From the IMG/VR virus record IMGVR_UViG_3300044678_003030, positions 1 through 64,000 of that record: a stretch of DNA of 64,000 nt; one strand, written 5' to 3'. Position 1 is the stretch's first letter. Each line of letters begins with the position of its first letter. The notes beneath the pieces are model-generated. The model had not been told where the DNA came from. It saw only the letters and a program-made list of their open reading frames with translations, and ran no database searches. The position numbers and the translations under genes are program-made. This DNA comes from a virus. Positions 45,618 through 54,313 of this stretch are shown in pieces.

Positions 45618-46220
45618 TCAGTGAGCCTGCTGCGGGCGTAGCGCTGAGTGGAGCATACCCGCCCCCATGACACCGAGACCGCCGACGTCGTAGAGGCTCA
45701 TCGAGTCACCGTGTCGGACTTTGTCAGCCGAAGTGAGCCCGAGTGTCGCCAAGCCGAAAGCGTTGAGCGCCGTCGTCAGGTCTTGGTTGTCGTGGATACG
45801 GTCGGAGAGGTACGGCAGCAGAAAGGCGCCGTAGCCGGCGGCGTTGGCGGCGCGGTGCCACGCCGGATCGTCATTCGCGCGCTTCGTGAGCCCACCGAGC
45901 GACAGTGTTTCACTCAGTGAAGCGCTCAGCTTGACGGTGGACTGCGGCTTGAACGCCGGCTGCGAGGTCGTCATCTTGAAAGACCCGGCAGGGTCCTTGA
46001 AACTGTCTTTGATGTGACTCGCGTTGAAGCCAAGCGTCGACGCAAGGCCCGTTCCCGACTGGCCGATGAGCCCGCCTACGAGCGGTACCTTGCTGCGCGC
46101 GAAGTTGTACGCGAACTGCCCCGCACCGCTGGAGAGAGCCTTGGACCCGAAGGCCTTGGCTCCGGCCAGCGCGAGACCGCCGGCCAGGGCGGTCTTTTCG
46201 CAGAGACCGCCGAGGGGCAT
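45618..46220 (-). CDS. K-x-A/glycine-rich membrane protein inserted between sheath and tube
   Basis: LGGLCEKTA and LGGLTKRA repeats; hydrophobic glycine helices. Confidence 0.65.
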   Translation of the reverse strand: MPLGGLCEKTALAGGLALAGAKAFGSKALSSGAGQFAYNFARSKVPLVGGLIGQSGTGLASTLGFNASHIKDSFKDPAGSFKMTTSQPAFKPQSTVKLSASLSETLSLGGLTKRANDDPAWHRAANAAGYGAFLLPYLSDRIHDNQDLTTALNAFGLATLGLTSADKVRHGDSMSLYDVGGLGVMGAGMLHSALRPQQAH

Positions 46221-49200
46221 CAGACCACCACGTAGAGATCGATGCCGTTGACGGGCTTCGCGATTTCGACGTTGACGTACATCTGGTAGCGGTCCTTGGC
46301 GAAGTCAGCGACCTTGATCAGGTTGACCTTGCCGTCGACCAGAGGCGGGCCGATGCGAGCGACGCGCCGCCCCTTGAGGTTCTCCATGCCATCAGAGACG
46401 GCACGGAACATCTCGTTGCTCGTCTCGGGGAGCACGTTGTACTGCCCGAGGAAGTCTTCGAGGATGTCCTGGAGGAACATCGACACGAAGTCGAGGTTGC
46501 GCACCACCGAGAGCTCGCCGGTCTCGACGGCCGTCGTGTCGGTGGTGAGCTGGTGCAGGCACACCGGCAGATCGGTCGGGCGGCGCTGGTGTAGGACGAA
46601 CCAGCCACCATCGGAGAGCCGCGAGAGCTGACGCTCGTTGAAGTAGCCGGTCGAGTAGCGCAGGCGCCGGATGCCGGCGAACCCCAGGTTCGTGAGGCCG
46701 GCCTGAGGCGGGAGACCCGCGAGGGCACCACCGACGATCGCAGCCGCGTAGAAGCCAGGGAGCCACCCGGAAGGCTCTGCCACCGTAGGCACCGTTCGCG
46801 GCACCGACCCGTCGGGGATGTCCGCGAGTTCCACGTCCGAGGGCCATACGAGCGTGACGCGCTTGGTGCGGAAGCTCTGCGCGAGGCTTGTCAGGGTGGT
46901 GACCTGCTCGTCCTTCGAGAGCGAGCGGCGCACACGGTAGCGCATGGCGTTGGGGGCCGCGTTGTCGACGGAGCGGCCTGCGTAGTCCCGCATGTAGTAG
47001 TGCGGGAGCTCGTTCGACGCAGACGAGGAGTCGTCGCGCCCGTTCTGGATCAGGATCCGCTGCTCGTTGATCACCTGCGCCACGAGGTAGGTGTGCACGC
47101 GCCCATCGAACGCACCCGACGTGTAGTCGTTCGCGTCGATCGGGATCTCGATCGTGTCGCCAGGGCGGATGTTGGAGGTGAGGAACGTCGCCTGCGCGTC
47201 TTCCAGCCGGTCGAAGAGCGCGTCGTTGATGATCACCTCTGCCGCGTTGGTGCTCACCGCGAGCTCAACGGCCGTGGCCGCGACCGCGCCCGTGACGGTA
47301 GATGTGCCGTTCGCCAGCACCTCTGCCGTGACGATCCCAGAGATCACGGTGTGCGCGTCGGCCAGCGCCTTGACGGCGTTGTGCGTGGTCACGTTGTTCA
47401 CGTACGTGACGGTGATCGCGAAGCCAGAGATCGTGATACCCGGGGCAGTACCCGCGACGTACGCGACAGTGTACGGCCCGCCGAAGACCGTCGGTGCACG
47501 CATCGACCAACGGATCTGGCCGGTGTTCTGCGTGATCGTGACCGCAGCGAGCTTGGAGACACGAGTCGTGCCGTCAGGCCCCTTGATCTGGATCTCGATG
47601 TCGCCAGCGCCCGTGCCAGCGGTGTCGTCCCACCGGCTCGTTCCCGGTTCGATCTCCAGCACCGAAGCGTTCCCGGGGTACGCCGGGTTCGTATCGGTGT
47701 AGTTGTTGTTGACGTGCGAGACGCGATGCGTTCCACGACGGTTCTGCCAACCGGAGGGAGCGCCGGAAGACGGGAGGCCGAACGTGATCAGGTCTCCAGG
47801 GAGCACAGCGGCGAGGCTGAACACCGCAGCAGCATTGACGGACACCGTACGGTACTTGCCAGAAGAGGCGCCCGGCTGCTGCGCGATGCCGTTGATCGTG
47901 CCGTCGTACACGGTCTCCGCCACAGGGAGGACACCGCTGCCGAGCACGCCACGAAACTTCTGCTGTACACCGTCGCGGATCGCGGCGGTCGGATCGGACA
48001 GGGTGTCGACCCCGAACTTGTACGACGCCAGGATCGACGTGTCGTTCGTCAGCGGCACGACCGCCCACATGTCACGACGGGCCTCCATGGCGGCGAGCGC
48101 CACAGCGTGACCGCCTGCGTCGTCCGACGGGACGCCGAAGTACATCATCGGTGCGGTGCCCGAGTTTTCGAGCGCCTTCTTCAGGCCGACCGCCAGGGGG
48201 TTGCGCGCATCTACGCGGCCGATACCCGTGATGTTCGTCACTCCGCTGCGCGACACGACGTCGACGGCGCTCACGCTGCCGATCTCCTGGAGATCCTGGC
48301 GCAGCGCGCGGTAGGCGAGGTAGACCTGCGCGTAAGAGAGGCGGCGGCTGGCCGTGGAGGTCGACGGAGACGGCGTCGCCACCGAGGGCACGGGCGTGAT
48401 GGCCACGCTGAGGGAGATGCCGCCCTTGAGCACCATCTGGTCATTCCCGGGCAGCGGGAACGTGATGTACTCGTGGTTTTCGTCGAGGAGCTCGGTGTTC
48501 GCGAGCGTACGCTCGATTCGGGCCTCGCCCGTAGCGTTGTAGGCCCAGAGCGAGGCGCTCGTCGCGCCTCCGGCCATGCCGGTCACGACGAAGCCAACGT
48601 GCGTGACCGTCTCCGTGACCGACTGATTACCCTCGGCGCCGCCGATGGTGTTGATCAGGTCGATGCCATCAGTGCCGTAGTTCGTAGTGTCGATGTTGAG
48701 CGACGGGGCAGCGTCGATGGCGGCCTTGATGAGCGCGCGCATCTGGGTCGCGGTCTCCGAGCCCGTGAAGATGATCCGACGAAGCGTCGCCGTCGGGGTC
48801 ACCGAGGCATCGCTGTCGAACTGAAAGGTCACGGCCGGGTTGGTGCCGTCGTTGAGGACGAACGTTTCGCCGTCGGCGATGTTCGCGCCGGTGGTCGTCA
48901 CGATGCGCCCCGTGGCCTTTGCGTCGCCCGTGGGCAGCGCCGACGTGATGCGGAGCTTGGTCGCGTCGGTGGCGAGTCCGTCTGCGTTGGGTTCGCCGAC
49001 GGTCATCACTGTACGGACGACGGACTGCGTACCGCGCGACGAGGTCACGATGACGCGGTCACCGGGACGCACCCCGGCAGCGATGAGGTCTCCCCCAGGG
49101 AACGTCAGCAGCGTGCGGTCGCTCTCGGAAGTGGTGACCGACGACCCGAGCGACGACCCGAGGCTCGCCTGGGTTGATCCGAGGATGACCTTCGGGGCGC

Positions 49201-49492
49201 CGAGGTAGATGCGGACGGAGGTGTGGTCGACCACGGATCCAGGGCTCTGCGCCGGGTAGGCGTTGACCGTGACCGCAGCTTCCCCGGTTGCAGGGGGCGT
49301 GTAGACGTCGCTCCCTCCCGCAGGTCGATCGAGCGACCCGTAGGTTGAGTCGAGGAGGATCTCTGCCGCGTCCTCGGGGTAGTCCTTGATGTCGTAGCAA
49401 GGGCCTACGATGATCGAGTTGAGGTCCGGGGTTGTCGGCGTCCCCGAGGGCTGCTGGATTTCCTGATAGACAGTGACAAGCGGTCGGGCCAC
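46220..49492 (-). CDS. tail sheath protein (large, with inserted domains)
   Basis: MARPLVTVYQE start; GFYAAAIVGG...GLTN...HQLTTD...ELSVVRNLDF...KPVNGIDLYVVV C-terminus. Confidence 0.9.
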   Translation of the reverse strand: MARPLVTVYQEIQQPSGTPTTPDLNSIIVGPCYDIKDYPEDAAEILLDSTYGSLDRPAGGSDVYTPPATGEAAVTVNAYPAQSPGSVVDHTSVRIYLGAPKVILGSTQASLGSSLGSSVTTSESDRTLLTFPGGDLIAAGVRPGDRVIVTSSRGTQSVVRTVMTVGEPNADGLATDATKLRITSALPTGDAKATGRIVTTTGANIADGETFVLNDGTNPAVTFQFDSDASVTPTATLRRIIFTGSETATQMRALIKAAIDAAPSLNIDTTNYGTDGIDLINTIGGAEGNQSVTETVTHVGFVVTGMAGGATSASLWAYNATGEARIERTLANTELLDENHEYITFPLPGNDQMVLKGGISLSVAITPVPSVATPSPSTSTASRRLSYAQVYLAYRALRQDLQEIGSVSAVDVVSRSGVTNITGIGRVDARNPLAVGLKKALENSGTAPMMYFGVPSDDAGGHAVALAAMEARRDMWAVVPLTNDTSILASYKFGVDTLSDPTAAIRDGVQQKFRGVLGSGVLPVAETVYDGTINGIAQQPGASSGKYRTVSVNAAAVFSLAAVLPGDLITFGLPSSGAPSGWQNRRGTHRVSHVNNNYTDTNPAYPGNASVLEIEPGTSRWDDTAGTGAGDIEIQIKGPDGTTRVSKLAAVTITQNTGQIRWSMRAPTVFGGPYTVAYVAGTAPGITISGFAITVTYVNNVTTHNAVKALADAHTVISGIVTAEVLANGTSTVTGAVAATAVELAVSTNAAEVIINDALFDRLEDAQATFLTSNIRPGDTIEIPIDANDYTSGAFDGRVHTYLVAQVINEQRILIQNGRDDSSSASNELPHYYMRDYAGRSVDNAAPNAMRYRVRRSLSKDEQVTTLTSLAQSFRTKRVTLVWPSDVELADIPDGSVPRTVPTVAEPSGWLPGFYAAAIVGGALAGLPPQAGLTNLGFAGIRRLRYSTGYFNERQLSRLSDGGWFVLHQRRPTDLPVCLHQLTTDTTAVETGELSVVRNLDFVSMFLQDILEDFLGQYNVLPETSNEMFRAVSDGMENLKGRRVARIGPPLVDGKVNLIKVADFAKDRYQMYVNVEIAKPVNGIDLYVVV

Positions 49493-49540
49493 GGTTTGGT
49501 CTCCTTGAGGTCTCGCAGGAAGGTTAGGTGCAGGTGGATT

Positions 49541-50233
49541 TCACCGCGTGAAGCCGCGCATCGCGAGTTCGAGTACCGACACGCGACCCGTGCTTACAGC
49601 GAGCGAGATTTCTTGGAGCAGTGTGGCGATCGGCTTTGTTGACCACTTGAATTCGTTGATGACGCGAAAGCTGACGACCGCGACGTACCCGGGAGCTTCA
49701 GCTTCGTTGTCTTTTGCTTCTTGTGGCTCTGTGAGCGCGGGTAGCCCGATCTCATGCAGCTTCATGACTTCGCGGATCTGGTTGGCGCAGACGGCGACGT
49801 GTGAACGGACGATGTCTGCGATCGTAGCGGCTTCCCCGGGTTCTCTGCCGTAGCACCTGACCGCGATGGTGAGGTAGTCGTGTGCGTAGAAGTCTTGGCG
49901 CCGATCGGGCAGTCGGACAGCGGCCCTGTTGCCGACAACAACTTGTTGAAGTTGCGCGCTTGGAACACTGACAACGACGCGAGGGAAGGTATTGCGCGCT
50001 TGCGGCTCGTTCGCGTAGACGCTCGTCACGTAGATCGGGTCGGGATTGTCGCTGGTCCCGTCTTGTGTCTCTTCTCGTGTGAATGATGGTGACCAGCGCC
50101 ATGGCATACTCGGCTCGTCAAAGCGCGCCTGGATGACAGCAACGAACACCCCAACGAGACCCAGGAGGCTACCGGGCAGGACATCTTCTGCTCCGCCCTT
50201 GACCTTCGCACCCTTGTCGCCTTCGAGGTCCAT
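49541..50233 (-). CDS. tail terminator / neck protein
   Basis: Lies between head closure and sheath; PRVVV motif. Confidence 0.6.
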   Translation of the reverse strand: MDLEGDKGAKVKGGAEDVLPGSLLGLVGVFVAVIQARFDEPSMPWRWSPSFTREETQDGTSDNPDPIYVTSVYANEPQARNTFPRVVVSVPSAQLQQVVVGNRAAVRLPDRRQDFYAHDYLTIAVRCYGREPGEAATIADIVRSHVAVCANQIREVMKLHEIGLPALTEPQEAKDNEAEAPGYVAVVSFRVINEFKWSTKPIATLLQEISLAVSTGRVSVLELAMRGFTR

Positions 50234-51054
50234 TAGAACAACGGTAGAACAGAGGAGGGATCTACCCGAAGGTGGTAGAGAGCGTGACCACGGTCCAGCT
50301 CTGCAACCGTGATTGTTTGGTGCGCAGGTTCGAGTCCGATACGCACTTCGTCGCGCTCCATCACACGATACCTCTGGTTGGTCTGGAGGAGCACAAGGAC
50401 GTCATCCTTGTCGACCTGCGGGACATCTGTCGTCGTGAGCCTCATTGAGGAACCGTCTGACTTTGGCTTGCCGGTGGTGCGCTCGATCCCGCTGCCAGAG
50501 AACTTCACGAAGACTTTCACGGGGTTTAGAAAGCCGCCATCAAAGGTTGTTCCCCAACAGACCTTGCAGCCTGAGCGCGTCGACACGCCAGTCTTCTTGT
50601 CGAAGCATTGCGGACACCTCAGGCCCCACACGCGAGCCTTGAGTAGGATCGCCTCATGCCCGACGACTCTCTCCAGGCCGATGCGTGTGTCACGTGCCAA
50701 CTTGCGGCGGATCCCGTTGCGCCGACCTTGCGCCGCAGGGCCAATTTCGAAGACGTCTACGAGCGTGGTCCCCTCGACCGAGACACGGTAGTAGACCGCC
50801 TGGAAGAAACGAGAGGTGTTGGGGAGGGGGTTCGCCTCACCGTCGTGGGCGCCGTCGCGAGGCAGCTCATCGAGGATGGCGTAACGGTTCTTCAGTCCTT
50901 CAGCGACGAGGTCCCACGGTCCATCAGGGCCGCCGCTGCGTTCCACCCGGAACGTGACGTCCGTTTGATCGTTGTTCGCGACGTCTCGCAGTGTCCACTG
51001 GATGAAGTGGCCACGCGGAGGGTAGGTTCGGCTCAGGATGATCTTGACGCGCAC
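50233..51054 (-). CDS. head closure/neck protein with a zinc ribbon
   Basis: RCPQCFD...CKVCWGTTFDGGF; DDVLV...RYRV. Confidence 0.65.
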   Translation of the reverse strand: MRVKIILSRTYPPRGHFIQWTLRDVANNDQTDVTFRVERSGGPDGPWDLVAEGLKNRYAILDELPRDGAHDGEANPLPNTSRFFQAVYYRVSVEGTTLVDVFEIGPAAQGRRNGIRRKLARDTRIGLERVVGHEAILLKARVWGLRCPQCFDKKTGVSTRSGCKVCWGTTFDGGFLNPVKVFVKFSGSGIERTTGKPKSDGSSMRLTTTDVPQVDKDDVLVLLQTNQRYRVMERDEVRIGLEPAHQTITVAELDRGHALYHLRVDPSSVLPLF

Positions 51055-51102
51055 GCCGGTTTCACTCCGTGAAGAGTGTAGGCGTGCGCGGCGAGGTCGG
51101 GA

Positions 51103-52014
51103 TCAGGCGAAGACGAGGTGCTGGACCGACTCGAAGTTCCCGATGCCGATGCCCGGCGCCGAGTACGAGTCGAAGGAGATGACGTCGCGCTTCTGCTCGA
51201 TGAACATCGTCGCGTCCTGGAGCAGGTAGAAGCGGCCGAGGAACTCGTTCGGGGCGAGCACCCAGCACTCCTTCTTGTCGTAGACGTGCACCTTGGTGGT
51301 CACGACCGCAGGGACGCCGTAGAGGTGGTCCTCGCCGTCGATGCCCTCGCGGTAGTGCTTCGACGCGATGTCGTTGCCGAGCGCGGTCGCAGGGAGGTCC
51401 ATCGCTTCACGGAAGAGTCGCTTGGTCAGCAGGAGCTTGCCGATCGGGCGGCGGCGGTCGTCCATCGCCTGGAACGAGCGCTTGAACGCGTTCGAGGTGA
51501 ACGACGACGCGCCGGTGCGCTGGATGGTCGAGTTCCGGTTCACGATCGAGAGGAGCGTGCGCCGGAAGTAGTGGTCCTCCTGGTCGCCCATCTTCTTGAC
51601 CGAGTTGTCGGCGATGACCTTGCGGATATCCATCCGGTAGGTCATGAGCTCCCACTTCGTCTTCTTGTACGTCGGCGTGGTGATCTTGCCGAAGTAGATC
51701 TCGTAGCGGTCGCCCTTGATCCAGTGGGCCTCGGGGGTGCCGGTGAGCTCGACCCACGTCGCGTAGGTCTCGTCGTCGCCCGGCTCCTTCTCCACGATCT
51801 TCATCGGGCGGTCGGTCGTGGAGACGCGGTCGATCTCGTCGTCCGCGAGACCGATCGGCTCCATGACCTCACGGACCGCCGCCTCCTGGAGGATCAGGTT
51901 GCGGATGAAGGAGTTCGAGGCGTCCTCGGCCTCCTTCGTCTGGCCGCTGTCCAGCATGGAAAGGAAGCGCGAGTTGTAGACGCGCGTCTGCACCTGAGTC
52001 GTTTCCGTCTTCAT
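51103..52014 (-). CDS. major capsid protein (HK97 fold)
   Basis: 303 aa, very strong codon bias, RBS GGAG; DRPMKIVEKEP...ELMTYRMDIR...FLGRFYLLQDATMFI...GIGIGN; follows the decoration gene. Confidence 0.85.
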   Translation of the reverse strand: MKTETTQVQTRVYNSRFLSMLDSGQTKEAEDASNSFIRNLILQEAAVREVMEPIGLADDEIDRVSTTDRPMKIVEKEPGDDETYATWVELTGTPEAHWIKGDRYEIYFGKITTPTYKKTKWELMTYRMDIRKVIADNSVKKMGDQEDHYFRRTLLSIVNRNSTIQRTGASSFTSNAFKRSFQAMDDRRRPIGKLLLTKRLFREAMDLPATALGNDIASKHYREGIDGEDHLYGVPAVVTTKVHVYDKKECWVLAPNEFLGRFYLLQDATMFIEQKRDVISFDSYSAPGIGIGNFESVQHLVFA

Positions 52015-52068
52015 CGTCCTGTCACTCCAAGAAAGCGTGGGGCTCTTTGTTGCTCGTTGTCGTTCGTG

Positions 52069-52581
52069 TCAGGTCGACTGCGGCATGATCACGTCGAGCG
52101 CGCCGTTCGCACGGAGCGCGCGAGGCCCCACGTACGCGATGTGCTTGATGTTGTCGTTGGCCAGCAGCTTCGGCGCGAGGTTGCCATCGACCGAGGGCGA
52201 CGGCACGAGGGGCTGCCCTGCCGCGTACGAGGCCGCGTCGATCTTCGTGGTCTCGAATCGCCCGCCGAGGAAGGCGAAGACGGAGCCGTCGAAGGAGAAG
52301 TCGTTGTTGCCGGAGAACACGCAGAAGTAGAGCTTCGGCATGTCGGTCCCGATGACGCAGTCGGTCGCCTTGACCCAGTTGCCCTCGGCGTTCATCTCGA
52401 TGATGAGTCCGCCCTCCCAGTCACCCTGGACCGGAGTTCCGTTGTCGCCGGGGACGCCGACGCCGTCACCAGCCGCGATGGCCTCGGCGACGTTCTGGGG
52501 CTGAACGTTCAGCCAGATGGCGCACATCGCGCCGGTCTGCGGCTCGTTGGTCTTGAGGTTGAACTTGGACGAGAACTTCAT
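52069..52581 (-). CDS. capsid decoration/cement protein
   Basis: Directly upstream of the MCP; YAAGQPL motif; RBS AAGGA. Confidence 0.7.
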   Translation of the reverse strand: MKFSSKFNLKTNEPQTGAMCAIWLNVQPQNVAEAIAAGDGVGVPGDNGTPVQGDWEGGLIIEMNAEGNWVKATDCVIGTDMPKLYFCVFSGNNDFSFDGSVFAFLGGRFETTKIDAASYAAGQPLVPSPSVDGNLAPKLLANDNIKHIAYVGPRALRANGALDVIMPQST

Positions 52582-52617
52582 TGGTGTCTTTCCTTGCCAG
52601 AAATACTAGGACGTGGT

Positions 52618-53031
52618 TCAGCGCCGGCTGTTGATGAGGTCTTCACCGAAGTTGTCGAACGCCTGCTTGTAGCGCTCCGCGCGCGTGCCCTGCGGGGCCT
52701 CACGCCGAGCCGACGGGTCAGAGCGTTCACTCGGTGAACCGAGGTCGTTCACGCGAAGGGAAGCCGCAGCGAGCTTCTCGACGGCGGCGCGCGCAGCGGG
52801 GTTCTCGGCCACTTCGTCAGGGAGGTCTTCACCCGTGGCGCGGCGGTAGGCGCTGCCGAAGGACTCGTCTTCTGCCTTCTTCACAGGCATCGCCTGTGGC
52901 TGCGCAGCTTGAACCGCTTTGGGAGCGGGAACTTCCTTCGCCTTCTTCGGCAGTTCCTTCATCGCCTTGGCCGTCATGACATCGGTCAGGGCTTCCAGGG
53001 CGCTTGCGATCTTTTCGTGGAGGTCGTTCAT
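52618..53031 (-). CDS. K-x-A head/scaffold protein
   Basis: EKIAS, KKAE, EKLAA; position typical of a scaffold. Confidence 0.6.
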   Translation of the reverse strand: MNDLHEKIASALEALTDVMTAKAMKELPKKAKEVPAPKAVQAAQPQAMPVKKAEDESFGSAYRRATGEDLPDEVAENPAARAAVEKLAAASLRVNDLGSPSERSDPSARREAPQGTRAERYKQAFDNFGEDLINSRR

Positions 53032-53390
53032 CGGGGCACTCGCTTCAAAAGGCTAAGCGCCCCGAGGGCGCGTACAGCGGCAGCACGCTTCTCGCGCAAG
53101 TCGAAGGCCCGATCGATGCCGGCGACGCGCACGGAGTCGGCGAGAGCACGGACCTTGCCGACAGCAGACCCGTCACAGGACGCGATCTTCTCGACGAGCT
53201 CTGCGCGACGAGCGGAGAGCGCGGCGTAGTCAGCCGTTTTCACCGCGTGAACGTCAGCGATCGTGAACGGTAGGTCCCCCGCTACACGCACTGCCTGTGA
53301 GAGCGCGCCCAAGGCCCGAGCGTACGGGTCGTCGTGTGCGCGCTTCTCCGCTCCATCGAGGTCACGAAGCGTGTCAGCCAATGTACCCAT
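53028..53390 (-). CDS. K-x-A head protein
   Basis: EKRAH, VKTAD, EKIAS, EKRAA. Confidence 0.6.
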   Translation of the reverse strand: MGTLADTLRDLDGAEKRAHDDPYARALGALSQAVRVAGDLPFTIADVHAVKTADYAALSARRAELVEKIASCDGSAVGKVRALADSVRVAGIDRAFDLREKRAAAVRALGALSLLKRVPR

Positions 53391-53736
53391 TCGGTACCCC
53401 CATCGACTGCGGTTGATCGTCCTTGGTGAGGTGGTGATAGAGCGCATACGCCACAGGACCCACCACGGCCCCTGTGTACCCGCGTGTCCCACCTTCAGGC
53501 GTACTCATGGAGTTCCCGACGATACCGCCCATCGCCCCGGCCAGGATCGACTCCATGTCCTTCCCTTGAGGGGCGATGACTGAGCCGATACCGGCGCCCG
53601 CCAGCGCGGGGCCGTGGATCTTGAGCTGCTGACCGAACGCCTCCGGGGAGAACGCGGCTGACTTGCTCAGCTCGTCGAAGGCAGCTCCCTTCAGCCCGGC
53701 GTGAAGCCGGACCAGCTCGGCGTCCGTGTGGCGCAT
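53374..53736 (-). CDS. K-x-A glycine-zipper protein
   Basis: MRHTDAEL...DELSKSAA...GAGIG...GAMGGIVG. Confidence 0.6.
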   Translation of the reverse strand: MRHTDAELVRLHAGLKGAAFDELSKSAAFSPEAFGQQLKIHGPALAGAGIGSVIAPQGKDMESILAGAMGGIVGNSMSTPEGGTRGYTGAVVGPVAYALYHHLTKDDQPQSMGVPNGYIG

Positions 53737-54296
53737 CAGCGGCCGATCGCCTGCTTGAGCGATTCGTAGCCGTTGAGGTAGTGCCCGGCGCCGAGCTCCT
53801 GGTACTGGCGCAGCTCGTTGTTCGCAGCCGTCTTGTCCTGCCCGCTCGCGGCGCGCTGCTCGTTGTAGCCACGCTCGACCTCGCGCAGGAAGCCCGCAGG
53901 GTCGGCCTGCGCCAGCTTGGCGAGCTCGATCGTACGGGGGTCGATGCCAGCGGCGGCTTCCTTCGCCATCTTCTCGGCGGCTTCGCCCGCCGACGTGAAG
54001 GTCGCCAGGGCCTGCTCCGCGAACGCAGCCCCGGCGAGCTTGCCTCGGCGGAACGCGCGCTCGTCGTTGGCCGCCTCGATCGCCTGGGCCTCCTTGGTCA
54101 GCACGTCGCTGACGGTGGTCGCGCTCGCCTCCTTGACGGACCCGAGCCCCGACACGACTTCGCGCATCGACTGGTCGAGCGTCGAGGCTGCCGGAGCGGA
54201 GGGCGCAGGCGAGGCGGTACCGGGCTGCCCGGCCGTCTTCGCCTCGGCGGTCTTCGTGGTCTGGTTCAGGTTTCCGATCAGGCTCTTGATCTGCAT
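53736..54296 (-). CDS. K-x-A head/core protein
   Basis: TKTAE, AKTAG, VKEAS, TKEAQ, GKLAG, EKMAKEAA, AKLAQ, DKTAA. Confidence 0.7.
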   Translation of the reverse strand: MQIKSLIGNLNQTTKTAEAKTAGQPGTASPAPSAPAASTLDQSMREVVSGLGSVKEASATTVSDVLTKEAQAIEAANDERAFRRGKLAGAAFAEQALATFTSAGEAAEKMAKEAAAGIDPRTIELAKLAQADPAGFLREVERGYNEQRAASGQDKTAANNELRQYQELGAGHYLNGYESLKQAIGR

Positions 54297-54313
54297 TACG
54301 TTCCTCTTGGAGG

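Noticed and set aside
39806-52581. Sheath/tube/spike cluster as an eCIS, tailocin or T6SS
   Set aside because: Capsid, decoration, prohead protease and neck genes are contiguous, so this is a complete phage morphogenesis module
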